From contig CAYYSJ010000002.1 in assembly GCA_964474445.1 (NCBI GenBank), positions 53,610 to 117,609 on the forward strand: a stretch of 64,000 nt of DNA, in the 5' to 3' direction. Numbering within the stretch: the first letter of the stretch is position 1; each line of letters starts with the position of its first letter. Both the position numbers and the translations under genes were made by a program. This stretch comes from an uncultured Gammaproteobacteria bacterium. Lineage in GTDB: Bacteria > Patescibacteriota > Microgenomatia > Levybacterales > UBA12049. Below are positions 39,350-48,992 of the stretch, one piece after another. The notes beneath the pieces were generated by a model, which had not been told where the DNA came from, made no database searches, and saw nothing but the letters and a program-made list of their open reading frames with translations.

Positions 39350-39703
39350 TTATTTCTTTTTGTAGAGAGCAAATTCAAGACTGACAACAATGGCTAAAAG
39401 TAGTAAACCAAAGAGAATATGGGTGATGCCAAAGTAACGCAAAAGCAAATAGGCAATGGTCGCTCCTGCTAGTAGAACCCCCTGTAAAAAACTTATTGTG
39501 AAGTATGCGGCTAGTGTATAGACACCTAAGAATAAACCAACAAAGAAGGGGATTAAAAGAGAGATCTTGAGTGATCCAAGAGAAATTATATAATCTGGAG
39601 GAAAGTTGAGAACCAAATATCCAACTATTCCAAAAAAAATGACGCTAAAAATAAGCAGAGGCCAGGGGTGTTTTTTTACTGTTTTTTCTGGTTGGTGCTC
39701 CAT
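39350..39703 (-). CDS. Small membrane protein (hypothetical)
   Basis: 117 aa, four hydrophobic helices. Confidence 0.3.
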   Translation of the reverse strand: MEHQPEKTVKKHPWPLLIFSVIFFGIVGYLVLNFPPDYIISLGSLKISLLIPFFVGLFLGVYTLAAYFTISFLQGVLLAGATIAYLLLRYFGITHILFGLLLLAIVVSLEFALYKKK

Positions 39704-39738
39704 TTCTTGAGTATACCATTCATGCTAAAATACATGCT

Positions 39739-40101
39739 ATGCATATCTTTTGGGGAAAAGTACGAAGTGGTGATAAAAGGGGACGAGAGTTAGGATATCC
39801 AACTGCAAATATGTTTCTTCATAAACATTTGGGAGAAGGAGTCTTTGTCTCAGAAGTACAGGTTGATGGAGAGTGGTATCCTGCGTTGACTTTCGTTGGT
39901 AAAGCCAGGACGTTCGATAAGACTGATTATAAAGCAGAGAGTTGGCTTATTGATTTCGAAGAAGATCTTTATGGGAAAATGCTTACTGTAAAACTCTTAA
40001 AAAAACTACGAGGAAATAAAAAATTTGGTTCTGCTAACGATCTAATTGTACAGATGAAACAAGATGAAAAAGACGCACGAGAGTATTTTAGAAATTGTTA
40101 G
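39739..40101 (+). CDS. Monofunctional riboflavin kinase (RibF C-terminal-domain homolog only)
   Basis: GKVRSGDKRGRELGYPTANM ... E.WL.DF is the RFK domain signature. Only 120 aa, with no FAD-synthetase domain. Confidence 0.7.
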   Translation: MHIFWGKVRSGDKRGRELGYPTANMFLHKHLGEGVFVSEVQVDGEWYPALTFVGKARTFDKTDYKAESWLIDFEEDLYGKMLTVKLLKKLRGNKKFGSANDLIVQMKQDEKDAREYFRNC

Positions 40102-41039
40102 ACTCTCACTGCTTCAACAGCTAATGCTTCCGACTCTTTCTTCAGTGGCCTGGTAATTTGATAAATAGCAAAGAGGAGTATTACCACACCCAAAATTTGT
40201 GTTGGAGAAAGCACCTTGTGATACAAGAAGTAATCAATAAAAATAGCAGAAGCTGGCCATACTAATTCACATAGTGTTGTAATTCGTGCTGGAGTACGCT
40301 TAAGACCATAATAATAAAAACTAAGTGCGACCAAGCCAGTTGAGAAGGTAATAAGAAGAAGAGTAATAAATTGTTGAGGGTTAATTGCAAAGAGCGCTTT
40401 ACCTTGATGACCAGCAAACACAAACCCAAGTGCAAAGATTGGTGCGAAGAAATATCTCATAGCAACTCCAGTAAGAAAGGTAACTTTATTTAATACATAT
40501 TTACTCAAGGCGGTACTGGACCCCCACATAAGTCCTGCTCCAATTGCCAAAAGTCCTGCGAAAAGTGTCCCACTCCCTGTTGCAAGGTTAACACGAAGGT
40601 TAGGGAACGTGATAAGGTATGCTGCAGTAAGAGCAACTACCGCCCACCAAATGAAATTCTTGGTGATTTTTTCTTTCAGAAGTAGAGCTGCTGTTGCAAT
40701 AGCCCAAAGAGGTTGTAGTTGCTGCTGAAGCAACACGACAACAGAATAGGAAGAGTAGTTAATTTGCTGGAGTGCACTGGTATACAGAATTGTTCCAAGA
40801 GCACCGGAAAAGAGAGAGACAGTGCCTATTGCTAGCCATTCTTTTCTGGACATTTTCTTCACATCTTTTATCCAGGCAAAAGCGACAAATAACAGAATAA
40901 CTGCACCGAGTGCGTGTTCGTAGAAGACGATAACTGAAGGAGGGAGGCTGTAGAGACTGATACGTAAAAGTCCATCAAAACTCCACAAAAGAGCAGTGAT
41001 GATAATAAATAGTGGTCCAAAGGCTAAAAGTCTTTTCAT
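40098..41039 (-). CDS. EamA/DMT-family transporter
   Basis: 313 aa with 10 TM helices, duplicated EamA-like halves. Confidence 0.7.
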   Translation of the reverse strand: MKRLLAFGPLFIIITALLWSFDGLLRISLYSLPPSVIVFYEHALGAVILLFVAFAWIKDVKKMSRKEWLAIGTVSLFSGALGTILYTSALQQINYSSYSVVVLLQQQLQPLWAIATAALLLKEKITKNFIWWAVVALTAAYLITFPNLRVNLATGSGTLFAGLLAIGAGLMWGSSTALSKYVLNKVTFLTGVAMRYFFAPIFALGFVFAGHQGKALFAINPQQFITLLLITFSTGLVALSFYYYGLKRTPARITTLCELVWPASAIFIDYFLYHKVLSPTQILGVVILLFAIYQITRPLKKESEALAVEAVRV

Positions 41040-41056
41040 GATTAGTTTTGTCTACA

Positions 41057-41079
41057 AAAAATACCCCTCGTCGGGGTAT
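41057..41079 (-). terminator. Intrinsic terminator (minus strand) ending the 41422..41634 transcript
   Basis: The minus-strand RNA reads ..CAUACCCC-GACGA-GGGGUAUUUUUU. The plus-strand sequence is aaaaaatacccctcgtcggggtatg. Confidence 0.5.
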
Positions 41080-41421
41080 GTCAAAAAACTCAAAATAGTC
41101 AGTATTTCAGAGAATCAGACATACTGAAACTCCAGTTTACTGAATATTTTGGATTATCTTTCTTACTCTTCTTAAAAGGAAAAACATTTGACGTTTTTAT
41201 CGATTTAAAAAGTCGCATTTAATGCGATTCCGACTATACGGCCGCTACCAGAATTACACTGGTTCTTCCTGCAAATTCAAGAACTTTTATCCTGAGCTTG
41301 TCGAAGGATCGTGGAGTTTATCATGTACCGTTCTGGTATAGATTTCACCACCGATAAGGATTTTCACCTAACCCCGAAAGATATATTGAGAATACACCAT
41401 GAAAAATGCAATAGCAATAGG

Positions 41422-41634
41422 TTATCCTCTTCGTAATGATGATTTCCTTGGGTTTGCTCCAATTGCATTAATTGCTGCTATATCCTCCTCGCCGAGACGT
41501 ATTTCATTAAGACTTTCAGGTGGTATTATTCCAAAGGGGACCAAAACAGTTCTAATTGGAAGCAAAATGAGCGCTCTAACACCAACTTTCAATCTTCTCC
41601 AATTAGTCAATTGTTCTACTTGTTCTGTTGTCAT
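41422..41634 (-). CDS. Small hypothetical protein (70 aa) with a strong SD
   Basis: AAGGTGG lies 7 nt upstream of the ATG. The protein is MTTEQVEQLTNWRRLKVGVRALILLPIRTVLVPFGIIPPESLNEIRLGEEDIAAINAIGANPRKSSLRRG. It is preferred over the overlapping + ORF 41399..41665, which lacks an RBS. Confidence 0.4.
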   Translation of the reverse strand: MTTEQVEQLTNWRRLKVGVRALILLPIRTVLVPFGIIPPESLNEIRLGEEDIAAINAIGANPRKSSLRRG

Positions 41635-41785
41635 ACATTTTCACCCACCTTTCAATGTCCAATAGTTTTTTATTTACACCTATATTATACTCTTATTGTT
41701 AAACTTGTAGGCATAGTTTTTCCTTTAGTCTCATAAGAGAAAAATGAATCTTTTATTCTCCTTAAGGTTTTTGTTAAATCAGGTC

Positions 41786-41822
41786 TTGACAATTGTTAGC
41801 AGTGTTGTTATATTAGTGCTAA
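41786..41822 (+). promoter_or_regulatory. hrcA operon promoter (TTGACA-17-TATATT) with a near-perfect CIRCE operator TTAGCAGTG-N9-TAGTGCTAA
   Basis: -35 at 41786..41791, -10 at 41809..41814. The CIRCE inverted repeat at 41796..41822 lies 20 nt upstream of the hrcA ATG. Confidence 0.85.
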
Positions 41823-41841
41823 TCCTGCCATTTGTAGATTT

Positions 41842-42573
41842 ATGAATGACCTAACTCAAAGACAAATTCAAATCCTCAAAAGTCTTATTGAAGAATATAT
41901 CGAAACAGCTGATCCCGTTGGCTCCGAAACTCTTGAAAAAAAGCATAATTTATCAGCAAGTCCAGCAACTATTAGAAATGAAATGGTTCGATTGACAGAC
42001 CTTGGCTATCTCAAAAAACCTCATACATCTGCGGGTCGCATTCCAACTCCTCAAGGCATGAAATTTTATGTCAAACAACTTATGAAGGAAAAAGAATTAT
42101 CAGTTGCAGAAGAAGTTGCACTGAAAGAGAGAGTGTGGGATTATCGTGAACAAGAAGCAAGATTCTTAAAAGAAGCAGTAAAATCTTTAGCTGAAAAAAC
42201 ACGAGCACTGGCTGTTGCAACCACTCAAGGAGGAGATGTCTTTGCAGCAGGATATGCAAATATTTTGGACATGCCAGAATTTTATGATATCGATATAACC
42301 AAAAATTTACTAACAGCACTTGATGAATTTGAAACTTTCCGTGCAATCTGTTCTATTCCACAAGATGAAGAAGAAATTCATGTCTTGGTTGGTGAAGATT
42401 TAGCACCAAGACTGCAAGGCCCTTACGGATTTGTTTTTACCAGGTATCACACACCGTTAAATGAAACTGGTGAAATTGGCGTCTTAGGGCCAACACGGCT
42501 TGCTTACACGTCTGTTGTACCAGTTGTCAGATATTTTGGCGATTTAATTGAAGAAATTGCCAAGGGATGGTAA
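41842..42573 (+). CDS. hrcA: Heat-inducible transcription repressor HrcA (short, 243 aa)
   Basis: LTQRQIQILKSLIEEYIETADPVGSETL..SPATIRNEMVRLTDLGYLKKPHTSAGRIPT is the HrcA winged-helix N-terminus. Confidence 0.9.
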   Translation: MNDLTQRQIQILKSLIEEYIETADPVGSETLEKKHNLSASPATIRNEMVRLTDLGYLKKPHTSAGRIPTPQGMKFYVKQLMKEKELSVAEEVALKERVWDYREQEARFLKEAVKSLAEKTRALAVATTQGGDVFAAGYANILDMPEFYDIDITKNLLTALDEFETFRAICSIPQDEEEIHVLVGEDLAPRLQGPYGFVFTRYHTPLNETGEIGVLGPTRLAYTSVVPVVRYFGDLIEEIAKGW

Positions 42574-42602
42574 GGGCAGAGCTGCAGTGCAGTTGCAGAT
42601 AG

Positions 42603-43127
42603 TTGGTAATATATGATATGGATGAAAAAAGAAGAGACAAAGAAAATCACATAGAAGAAGAGAATATTGTTGAGAGCGAAGTAAAGCATTCTCAAGAAAT
42701 TAAAACAGAGAAAAAAGAAGAAAATGATCTTTTACAAAAAGTTCAGGAATTAGAGGATAAATACAGAAGAGCCTTGGCAGACTATCAAAATCTGCAGAGA
42801 AGAACTCAGGACGAGAAACGAGAATGGGCACGATTTTCAAATAAAGATTTGATCTTGAAACTCTTGCCGATTCTCGATACACTAATGCTTGCAGAGAAGC
42901 ATACAAAAGATCAGAATTTTGTCTTGACTGTACAGCAATTCTTGCAAGCATTAGAGCAAGAAGGAGTAAAAAGAATCAAGACCATTGGTGAGGAATTTAA
43001 TCCTCATACAATGGAAGCAGTCTCAACAGCAGAAGGTGATAGAGGCAAAGTTGTTGAGGAGCTGCGAGCAGGATACATGTTGTTTGACATGGTCCTGCGA
43101 CCAGCACAAGTAATAGTTGGGGAATAA
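42603..43127 (+). CDS. grpE: Nucleotide exchange factor GrpE
   Basis: [21 protein letters not shown]...LLPILDTL..A.. GrpE signature. 174 aa. Confidence 0.9.
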   Translation: MVIYDMDEKRRDKENHIEEENIVESEVKHSQEIKTEKKEENDLLQKVQELEDKYRRALADYQNLQRRTQDEKREWARFSNKDLILKLLPILDTLMLAEKHTKDQNFVLTVQQFLQALEQEGVKRIKTIGEEFNPHTMEAVSTAEGDRGKVVEELRAGYMLFDMVLRPAQVIVGE

Positions 43128-43132
43128 ACATT

Positions 43133-45040
43133 ATGGCACAAAGTAAAATTATTGGTATTGATTTAGGAACAACAAATTCGTGTGTTGCAGTCATGGAAGG
43201 TGGGCAACCAAAAGTTATCCACTCTGCAGAAGGACGCAATGTCATCCCATCTGTTGTAGATCCAAAAACACACGTTGTTGGAGATGTGGCAAAGCGTCAA
43301 TTAGTTCTTAAGCCAAGAGAAACCATCTTCTCAGTCAAGCGCATCATGGGTCGAAAATATCATGATGAATCTGTTCAATATGATATTAAATGGCTTCCAT
43401 ATACCGTCAAAGCGGGGCGAGACGATATGGCAGATGTTGAAGTAGGTGGAAAAATGTATACTCCTCAGGAAATTTCAGCAATGGTGCTGCAAAAAATTAA
43501 AACTGACGCAGAGGCATATCTTGGAGATAAAGTAACCCAAGCTGTTATTACCGTTCCAGCATATTTTGATGATGCACAAAGGCAAGCAACTAAGCAAGCT
43601 GGGGAAATTGCAGGTTTGGAAGTTTTGAGAATTATCAACGAGCCAACTGCAGCAGCACTTGCTTACGGCTTGGATAAGAAGAATGCACATACCATCGCTG
43701 TCTATGATTTGGGAGGCGGAACATTTGATATTTCAATTCTCGAGCTTGGTGAAGGTGTTTATGAAGTGAAATCAACCAATGGTGATACTCACCTTGGTGG
43801 AGATGATTTTGACCAGAAGATTGTTGATTATTTAGCAGATGAATTTAAAAAGGAAAATAATATAGATCTTCGAAAAGATCCGCAAGCATTGCAAAGACTT
43901 CGAGAGTCAGCAGAAAAAGCAAAGATTGAATTGTCATCCTCTCAGGAAGCACAAATTAACCAGCCATTTATTACCGTTGGACCAAATGGGCCACTTCATT
44001 TAACAATGACCCTTACCCGAGCAAAGCTTGAGGCAATTGTTGATGATCTTATTCAAAAATCACTTGAGCCAGTAAAGAAAGCGCTTTCTGATGCAAAAAA
44101 GAGTATCTCTGATATTGATGAGGTTGTGCTGGTTGGTGGTATGACTAGAATGCCAAAAGTGATAGAGACAGTGACCAAATTCTTTGGAAAAGAGCCAAAT
44201 AAGTCAGTTAATCCAGATGAAGTAGTTGCAATTGGAGCAGCAGTACAGGGTGGTGTGTTGGCTGGAGAAGTTACAGATGTCCTCCTTTTGGATGTAACAC
44301 CTTTAACGCTTGGTCTTGAGACTTTAGGCAGTGTCAGTACACCACTTATTCAACGAAACACAACCATTCCAACCAGTAAATCTCAAGTTTTTTCAACAGC
44401 AGCAGACAATCAAACGCAAGTTGAAATCAATGTTCTGCAAGGAGAACGTCCAATGGCAGCAGACAATAAATCACTTGGAAGGTTTATTCTTGATGGTATT
44501 CCACCAGCTCCTAGAGGTGTTCCACAAGTGGAAGTGACCTTTGATATTGATGCGTCAGGAATTTTGTCTGTGAAGGCTAAAGATAAAGCATCTGGCAAAG
44601 AGCAGTCTATTAAGATTACTGGCTCAACAGGCCTTTCTAAAGATGAAGTCGAGAAAATGACCAAAGAAGCGGAGCTTCATGCAAAGGAAGATGAAGAGAA
44701 GAAGGCAAAGATAGAAGCACGAAATCATGCAGACTCTCTTATCTTTACTGCTGAAAAAGCACTGAAAGACGGTGGAGATAAAGTTCCTGCTGATGTAAAG
44801 AGTGAAGTAGAAGGTAAGATCAAAGATTTGAAAGACATTTTAGATACTGGGAGTAAAGAAGATTTGGAAGCAAAGACAAAAGATTTGTCTGAGACCCTCT
44901 CAAAGATTGGACAAGCAGCATACCAACAAGGTCAGCAAGCAACGACAGAACCTGAAGTTGAAGCAAAAGAAGAAGATGGTTCGACAGGCTCATCAAAAAG
45001 TGGTAAGGATGAGGCACAAGAAGGAGAAGTGATTAGTTAA
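43133..45040 (+). CDS. dnaK: Chaperone DnaK (Hsp70)
   Basis: [41 protein letters not shown]. 635 aa. Confidence 0.98.
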   Translation: MAQSKIIGIDLGTTNSCVAVMEGGQPKVIHSAEGRNVIPSVVDPKTHVVGDVAKRQLVLKPRETIFSVKRIMGRKYHDESVQYDIKWLPYTVKAGRDDMADVEVGGKMYTPQEISAMVLQKIKTDAEAYLGDKVTQAVITVPAYFDDAQRQATKQAGEIAGLEVLRIINEPTAAALAYGLDKKNAHTIAVYDLGGGTFDISILELGEGVYEVKSTNGDTHLGGDDFDQKIVDYLADEFKKENNIDLRKDPQALQRLRESAEKAKIELSSSQEAQINQPFITVGPNGPLHLTMTLTRAKLEAIVDDLIQKSLEPVKKALSDAKKSISDIDEVVLVGGMTRMPKVIETVTKFFGKEPNKSVNPDEVVAIGAAVQGGVLAGEVTDVLLLDVTPLTLGLETLGSVSTPLIQRNTTIPTSKSQVFSTAADNQTQVEINVLQGERPMAADNKSLGRFILDGIPPAPRGVPQVEVTFDIDASGILSVKAKDKASGKEQSIKITGSTGLSKDEVEKMTKEAELHAKEDEEKKAKIEARNHADSLIFTAEKALKDGGDKVPADVKSEVEGKIKDLKDILDTGSKEDLEAKTKDLSETLSKIGQAAYQQGQQATTEPEVEAKEEDGSTGSSKSGKDEAQEGEVIS

Positions 45041-45076
45041 GATTGCGATTTAAGAATTAAGATAGAGGAATAATTG

Positions 45077-45097
45077 TGCGCGCGTGAGCGCATTTTT
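45077..45097 (+). terminator. Hairpin plus T-run between dnaK and dnaJ (partial terminator/attenuator), followed by a TATAAT box
   Basis: TGCGC-gcgtga-GCGCA followed by TTTTT, then agTATAATtagc at 45099..45106. Confidence 0.45.
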
Positions 45098-45142
45098 AGT
45101 ATAATTAGCACGTACTACAAAGGATAAGAAAGGACTAAACCT

Positions 45143-46018
45143 ATGCCGACAGCAAAAGATTATTATGAAATTATGGGAGTCTCAAAATCTGCGACAGATC
45201 AAGAGATAAAATCCGCGTATCGAAAACTTGCTTTGCAATATCATCCTGACCGCAACAAAACAAAAGAAGCAGAGGAGAAATTTAAGGAAGTTACAAAAGC
45301 ATACGAAGTATTATCGGATTCTCAAAAAAGACAAACTTACGACCAATTTGGTGCAGCAGCTTTTGAGCAAGGTGGCATGGGTGGAGGCAATCCTTTTGCT
45401 GGAGGGTTTGGCGGGCAGCAAGGACCATTTACATATACATACACAACTAATGGAGGTGGGTTTGATTTCGGTGGATTCAATGATCCTTTTGACATCTTTG
45501 AACAATTTTTCGGAGGGGCATCCCCTTTTGGTAGACAACAACGCCGTCCAATATACTCTGTTACGATAGACTTTATGGAATCTGTTAAAGGAATAACGAA
45601 AAAGGTAACGATTAATGGCAAGCAGCAATCAATTAAAATCCCAGCAGGTGTTGATAGCGGATCTCGCATTCGTTTTCAGGATTATGATGTCGTTATAGAA
45701 GTCCTCCAGCATAATCGGTATAAAAGAGAAGGATATGACATTGTGACAGATGAAGAAATCTCTTTTCCACAGGCGGCTTTGGGAACAGAGTATACAGTAG
45801 AGACTATTGATGAAAAGGTGACTGTTCGAATCCCTGCCGGTACACAACCCAATGCTCTTATCAGACTTCGTGGCAAAGGGGTACCTCATCTCCAAGGATC
45901 TGGAAGAGGGGATCACTATATGCATGTGAAAGTCGTTGTACCTAAAAATTTAACTTCTCGCCAGAAAGAGCTTCTCAAAGAGTTTGATGGGGAAAAAAGC
46001 AAAAAAGGTTGGTTTTAA
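45143..46018 (+). CDS. dnaJ: DnaJ-family co-chaperone lacking the CxxCxGxG zinc-finger domain (CbpA/type II-like)
   Basis: J-domain DYYEIMGVSKSATDQEIKSAYRKLALQYHPDRNK and a G/F-rich linker GGMGGGNPFAGGFGG. The C-terminal beta-sandwich domains are present, but no Cys-rich repeats. Confidence 0.85.
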   Translation: MPTAKDYYEIMGVSKSATDQEIKSAYRKLALQYHPDRNKTKEAEEKFKEVTKAYEVLSDSQKRQTYDQFGAAAFEQGGMGGGNPFAGGFGGQQGPFTYTYTTNGGGFDFGGFNDPFDIFEQFFGGASPFGRQQRRPIYSVTIDFMESVKGITKKVTINGKQQSIKIPAGVDSGSRIRFQDYDVVIEVLQHNRYKREGYDIVTDEEISFPQAALGTEYTVETIDEKVTVRIPAGTQPNALIRLRGKGVPHLQGSGRGDHYMHVKVVVPKNLTSRQKELLKEFDGEKSKKGWF

Positions 46019-46234
46019 AAATGGTTCCACGAAATATTGTCGTTCTGTATGTGGGTTGCAAAAAAGCTCTATATTCCACATGTGAGTCTTGCTCGTTCAG
46101 TTGATGCAACACAATGTATGCAGGCATTAGAACTGCTTCCCGACGATATTGCTTATACAACTCTTGTTAGGGAAATTGTTCTTGTTGAGAGAGGACCTCA
46201 TGGGACATGTAAAAAAGTGTTAGAAAAATTTCCT

Positions 46235-46480
46235 CTAAATAATTTGAAGCAATAGCCAGAGGGTTAAGACCAAAGAACAAATTGTTATTCCAAACGCCAG
46301 TTTTACAAATAGCATTGCAAATCTTGGAAGATCTAGGGTAAAGGCTTCTTTTGCTTTATGAAGGCGAATTGTATAGAAGATATCATAAACAGTCATAAGA
46401 AAAAGAAGGAGACAGAATCCTAAGAGTAAGGATATTTTTGTGACAAGAAGAACATTAGGTATAAGAAATTCTCCTTCCAA
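46235..46480 (-). CDS. Small membrane protein (hypothetical; the start codon may be internal)
   Basis: 81 aa, two TM helices. Overlaps the upstream gene end by 26 nt, so the true start is probably a downstream Met. Confidence 0.25.
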   Translation of the reverse strand: MEGEFLIPNVLLVTKISLLLGFCLLLFLMTVYDIFYTIRLHKAKEAFTLDLPRFAMLFVKLAFGITICSLVLTLWLLLQII

Positions 46481-47063
46481 AAAAGATGGGATTTGGAGAT
46501 TGGTTTACATGAATGTATTCTAGTTCCTCATTGTGTGTTAAAAAGTTGCGAAGCTTTGCTGCAATAGCAGTTGGACGGGAGATATGGTACAACACAAATT
46601 CTTCTGAGTGTGTTGGTCTATCAAATGTCAGTGTAATATTACCAAAATCAAATATTTCCTCAAAAATACCGTTTTTATTCTCATCAATTTCAGTACAGCG
46701 GACTTGGTCAAGAAGAATGGTATTGGTCTTGTGAATAAAAAATGGTGAATATGAAACTTCAACTAATTTATGTGTCGTAACAACATACAAATGGAAATAC
46801 CAATCAACAATAATTTTTGTCACAGAGCTGAGAAAAAATGCAATAAGACAGAAGAGAAGCGGGATAAGAAAGTATAGAACATGAGTCATGCTCAAAATAG
46901 CAAGGGAAAGAGAGAAAAAGATGCTCATAGACAGAGTCAATAAAAAAAGAGGGGGGATAAGGAGTAGATAATGTTGCCTTGTATAGAGAATTACTCTTTC
47001 TTCCGGCAATTCAAGAAAATGCTGAAGTTTTTCTCTAAGAAAGGAATTATTTGTGCCTGCCAT
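46455..47063 (-). CDS. Membrane protein with a bacterial PH (bPH_2/YdbT-like) domain
   Basis: The N-terminal soluble segment is followed by two TM helices, then a C-terminal beta-rich domain (HKLVEVSYSPFFIHKTNTILLDQV..). Confidence 0.45.
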   Translation of the reverse strand: MAGTNNSFLREKLQHFLELPEERVILYTRQHYLLLIPPLFLLTLSMSIFFSLSLAILSMTHVLYFLIPLLFCLIAFFLSSVTKIIVDWYFHLYVVTTHKLVEVSYSPFFIHKTNTILLDQVRCTEIDENKNGIFEEIFDFGNITLTFDRPTHSEEFVLYHISRPTAIAAKLRNFLTHNEELEYIHVNQSPNPIFFGRRISYT

Positions 47064-47164
47064 AGTTGTCTACTTGTCAAGATACACTAGATGTAAGGTA
47101 AAGGCTGTAATCTTGCTTACAAAGTTTGGTAAGTAAATAGTAAGAAAAAGGTAAGAAGGAATGA

Positions 47165-47803
47165 TTATAATAATCTTTTAAATAACTTATCTGAAATTAG
47201 TAACCCTCTACTAATTTTTTGAACCGAACCTTCTTTCTGTAATTTGTCCATTTCTAACGTGACTGTTTCTCTACTTAGTCCAGCCATGTCCGCAACTTCT
47301 TGGTGGGTAAAGGTAAAATCAACAACAGCAAAACCATTTTCCCATTTTCCAAGATTGTTGGCAACAAAAAATAACACATTGATAACTCTTTCAGAAGCGC
47401 TTCCTAATAATGTTGCCTCAAACCGTGATGCAACTCCTTCTAATCGATTAATGACTCTCTTTACCGTATATTGAAAAATGCGGGAATCCTCTTGTGTTAA
47501 TGCTAAATAATCTTCTTTTGGAGCACATTTTACTTCTATATTTGTAAGGGCTTGAAAAGTGTGTTGTGGCATTTTGTCAAAGAGTACCCATAAAATAGGG
47601 AAAAGATCGTGTGGTCCAAGAAGTGTATTGGTTAATTCACGCCCCTCCTTTGTTAAAAAAATGGTTCTAACAACCCCTTTTACTATATAGTAGACGTTTG
47701 TAGGTTCTTTCTCCCCAAAGAGAATATTTTCTCGTTTTTTATATCTATATGATTTATAACGAGAAAAGAAGTTCTCAAGTATTGCGATGACCTCTTCGTT
47801 CAA
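47165..47803 (-). CDS. Crp/Fnr-family transcriptional regulator
   Basis: N-terminal cNMP-binding beta-barrel and a C-terminal HTH (THQEVADMAGLSRETVTLEMDKLQKEGSV). Confidence 0.75.
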   Translation of the reverse strand: MNEEVIAILENFFSRYKSYRYKKRENILFGEKEPTNVYYIVKGVVRTIFLTKEGRELTNTLLGPHDLFPILWVLFDKMPQHTFQALTNIEVKCAPKEDYLALTQEDSRIFQYTVKRVINRLEGVASRFEATLLGSASERVINVLFFVANNLGKWENGFAVVDFTFTHQEVADMAGLSRETVTLEMDKLQKEGSVQKISRGLLISDKLFKRLL

Positions 47804-47851
47804 GATACCTGTAGTATAAAGCTCAAAAGTTTAAATAGCAAATAAGGAGTT

Positions 47852-48739
47852 CTATTGTTGTAATAACTTTAATGTTTTTGAATATAAATTAAATGAGGGT
47901 TTATCCATCATTTCGCTTTGTTGACTTCCAATAACAAAAGTTCCATCTTTCAACGAATCGAACTCTTTGAGGACTTGTTCTGCTCTCTCTCTTAATTTTT
48001 CTTTATTAAAAATACTGTTGATAATTTTGATCTGAGTTGGATGAATTGCTACTTTACTCCCAAATCCCATCTGAAAAGAAAGCTGGCATTCTTCTTTAAA
48101 ATCTCTTAGATTTTTGAGTGATCCGTATTTTCTTGATGGTCCATCTTTGAGAATAACCCTATTTTTTTTTGCAGATATAATGCATTCATTTAGAATGTGA
48201 ACAAGTGGATTTGGTTGAGTCAAATCTGAAGGTTTTTCAATTCCTAGCTCGGAAGATAAGTCTTCATATCCAATTGCTAAGATGTCATAAGGCCGTAATG
48301 CTTTCGTAATTGCGTCACGGTTTTCGTACCCAGTGAGTGTCTCTATAATAACACAAAGTTGTGTATTCAAAAATATATTCTGGTATTCAATGACTTCTTG
48401 AGTAGTTTCAATCTTAGGAATGATTACAAAGTTGGGATTGATTTTCTTTACTGCTTCTATGTCACATTGTGTGTAGGGAGAATTATGGTTATTTATTCTT
48501 ATTCCTATACAAAACATTGAATAGAATTGTTGTCTCAAGTGTCTACTATGAAGAAGATATGTAATAAGTTGCTCTCTCGCTTTAGTTTTTGTCTCAAAAG
48601 TATCCGCTACTGAGTCTTCAAGATCAAAAATAATAACATCTGGCTTATTTTCATCAATTAACGTAAGAGTTTTTCGTATAAATCTTTCTTTAATAGCAGG
48701 GAAAATAAGCCATGAACGTATTAAGTATGGATTTACCAT
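47852..48739 (-). CDS. HpcH/HpaI-family lyase, citrate lyase beta / citryl- or malyl-CoA lyase-like (CitE-like)
   Basis: RSWLIFPA...DVIIFDLEDSV, VIIPKIETTQEV, LAIGYEDLSSELG, GFGSKVAIHPTQI parallel the CitE motifs. Confidence 0.65.
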   Translation of the reverse strand: MVNPYLIRSWLIFPAIKERFIRKTLTLIDENKPDVIIFDLEDSVADTFETKTKAREQLITYLLHSRHLRQQFYSMFCIGIRINNHNSPYTQCDIEAVKKINPNFVIIPKIETTQEVIEYQNIFLNTQLCVIIETLTGYENRDAITKALRPYDILAIGYEDLSSELGIEKPSDLTQPNPLVHILNECIISAKKNRVILKDGPSRKYGSLKNLRDFKEECQLSFQMGFGSKVAIHPTQIKIINSIFNKEKLRERAEQVLKEFDSLKDGTFVIGSQQSEMMDKPSFNLYSKTLKLLQQ

Positions 48740-48992
48740 ATTGTTGTAATCTGCTTTGTAAGTACCAAAAAATAATCAAAAAAATGTATGAAGCTCGTAT
48801 CTGATGGGTGATAGTTATTTTCAATTTTGCAATCTGACTCTTTGTTTAAAAATTGTACTTATGGCCATTGGGGTATTGACCCTGATACCATCCGTGCATC
48901 ACACTGGCCATATCTTTGCAAAAATATACTTACCTATATTTACACAATTACTGAGTTGAAGAGACTTACTTAATCTGCTTTACTAAAAGTAT

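Noticed and set aside
41240-41265. tRNA-like D-arm string UGGUAGCGGCC on the minus strand
   Set aside because: No acceptor-stem pairing or T-arm (GTTCRANYC) could be found within 90 nt. It is not a tRNA. No tRNA, rRNA or tmRNA signature was found anywhere in the window by eye.
41399-41665. 88-aa + strand ORF overlapping the 70-aa minus ORF
   Set aside because: It has no SD, and its composition looks like a translation artefact. The minus-strand ORF has a perfect AAGGTGG RBS and a downstream terminator on its strand.
46037-46255. 72-aa + ORF after dnaJ
   Set aside because: It has no RBS and no recognisable fold. It overlaps the end of the minus-strand membrane protein. It may be real, but the evidence is insufficient.
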